Assembly: GCA_973895155.1 (NCBI GenBank)
Contig: OZ316897.1
Location: 1,328,515 to 1,392,514, forward strand
DNA from: Marsupella aquatica
Taxonomy: Eukaryota > Plantae > Marchantiophyta
Length of the DNA stretch: 64,000 bases
Direction of reading: 5' to 3'
Position numbers and translations under genes: made by a program
The notes under the pieces: model-generated
Seen by the model: the letters and a program-made list of their open reading frames with translations, nothing else
Database searches by the model: none
What the model was told of the DNA's origin: nothing
In this document: one piece after another, positions 63,040-64,000 of the stretch
Numbering within the stretch: the first letter of the stretch is position 1
Layout: each line of letters opens with the position of its first letter

Positions 63040-64000
63040 TTTACAAACTCAAGAAAAAATGGGAACAATCCTAGGTCTTAAGTAAAAATTTGTTTTTCTG
63101 TAAATGTAGGATCCATCCATATCTCTATTAATCTGGATTACCTCTGCCCAAGCTACCCATAACCTACCTCAACCCAACCAAGATAAAAAATTAAAAAATT
63201 GAATATTATTAAAAAATAATTATTCAAATTGAGACTTAAAGAATTGGATAAGAACTTTAAAGTTTGAAAAAACTTGAGTATTAATAATGTATATATGATA
63301 TTAATTTCTCAAAAAATTTAAAATTTAAAATATTTTTTTCTATCACTTGGTTGTGCTTGGACTCTGTGTTGCGGTGACTATTATCTCAGCCTCCAATTTC
63401 TATGTGCAGTGCACGAGTTGTTGCACACCACCACAACAACTCTACCTTGCCTTGACATATTTTTCTCATCTCGCCATTTTTTCTGACATTGACATTTTAT
63501 CTCATGACAATTTTTTCTCACCCTCAACATCGTTTAGGTCTTTGATATATTTTCTCACCTGACTTGACATCTTTTCTCACCTTGACATCATTATCTCACC
63601 ACAACATCTTTCCCTCATCCTCGACATATTTTCTCTCCTCAACGTTCTTTTCTCACCTCGCCATGTTTTTTCTCTCCTCAACATCACCTCGACTTCTTTG
63701 TCTCACCTCAACATCTCTTTATGTCATTGACATTTGTTTTCACCTGACCTATTTCTCAACTTCACATTTTTATCTCACCACAACATCTTTCCCTCACCCT
63801 CAACATCTTTTCCTCATCTTTACATATTTTTCTCACATCGCCATCTTTTCTCTCCTTGACATAGTTTTTGCTCTACTTCTTTTTCTTAGCTCAACATCTC
63901 TTTTTCTCATCAACATCTTTGTTCACCTCCACATCTTTTTCTCACCTCCACTTCTTTTTCTCACTTCAACTTCTTTTTCTCACCTCAACATATTTCTCTC
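63040..64000. repeat. Dispersed repeat with CT-rich degenerate tandem array (runs off the window end)
   Basis: TCTCACCTCAACATCTT-like units; homologous to 13690-16250. Confidence 0.7.

Overview
Nuclear DNA of a land plant, probably a non-seed plant such as a bryophyte (inferred from gene content and intron structure). Host genes: a Mn-CDF metal tolerance protein (MTP8/9-11 group, minus, 23128-25744), TFIIH subunit TFB1/p62 (minus, 31125-38094), two copies of the 37-aa OST4 microprotein missed by the ORF track (17551-17664 +, 39173-39286 -), the 3' half of a YihQ-like GH31 glycosidase (19089-21620 +) and a conserved glycine-rich/coiled-coil plant protein (58947-62378 -). There are two full-length Ty1/copia retrotransposons. 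The first is intact, with identical LTRs and a half-tRNA-Ile primer site (4988-10858, -). The second is slightly older (48518-54191, +) and carries an antisense accessory ORF encoding an RNase H1 N-terminal/caulimovirus P6 (viroplasmin) hybrid-binding domain plus a putative zinc site; this is the most striking observation. An intronless, fungal/Crinkler-like coiled-coil + PD-(D/E)XK gene with a degenerated E-x-K motif occurs as an intact copy (46360-47463) and a pseudogene (27912-28995). The centre of the window is a mosaic of two interleaved inverted segmental duplications and one direct duplication, which created a potential TFB1-promoter::GH31 chimera. Two solo LTRs and two TSD-flanked MITEs are also present.
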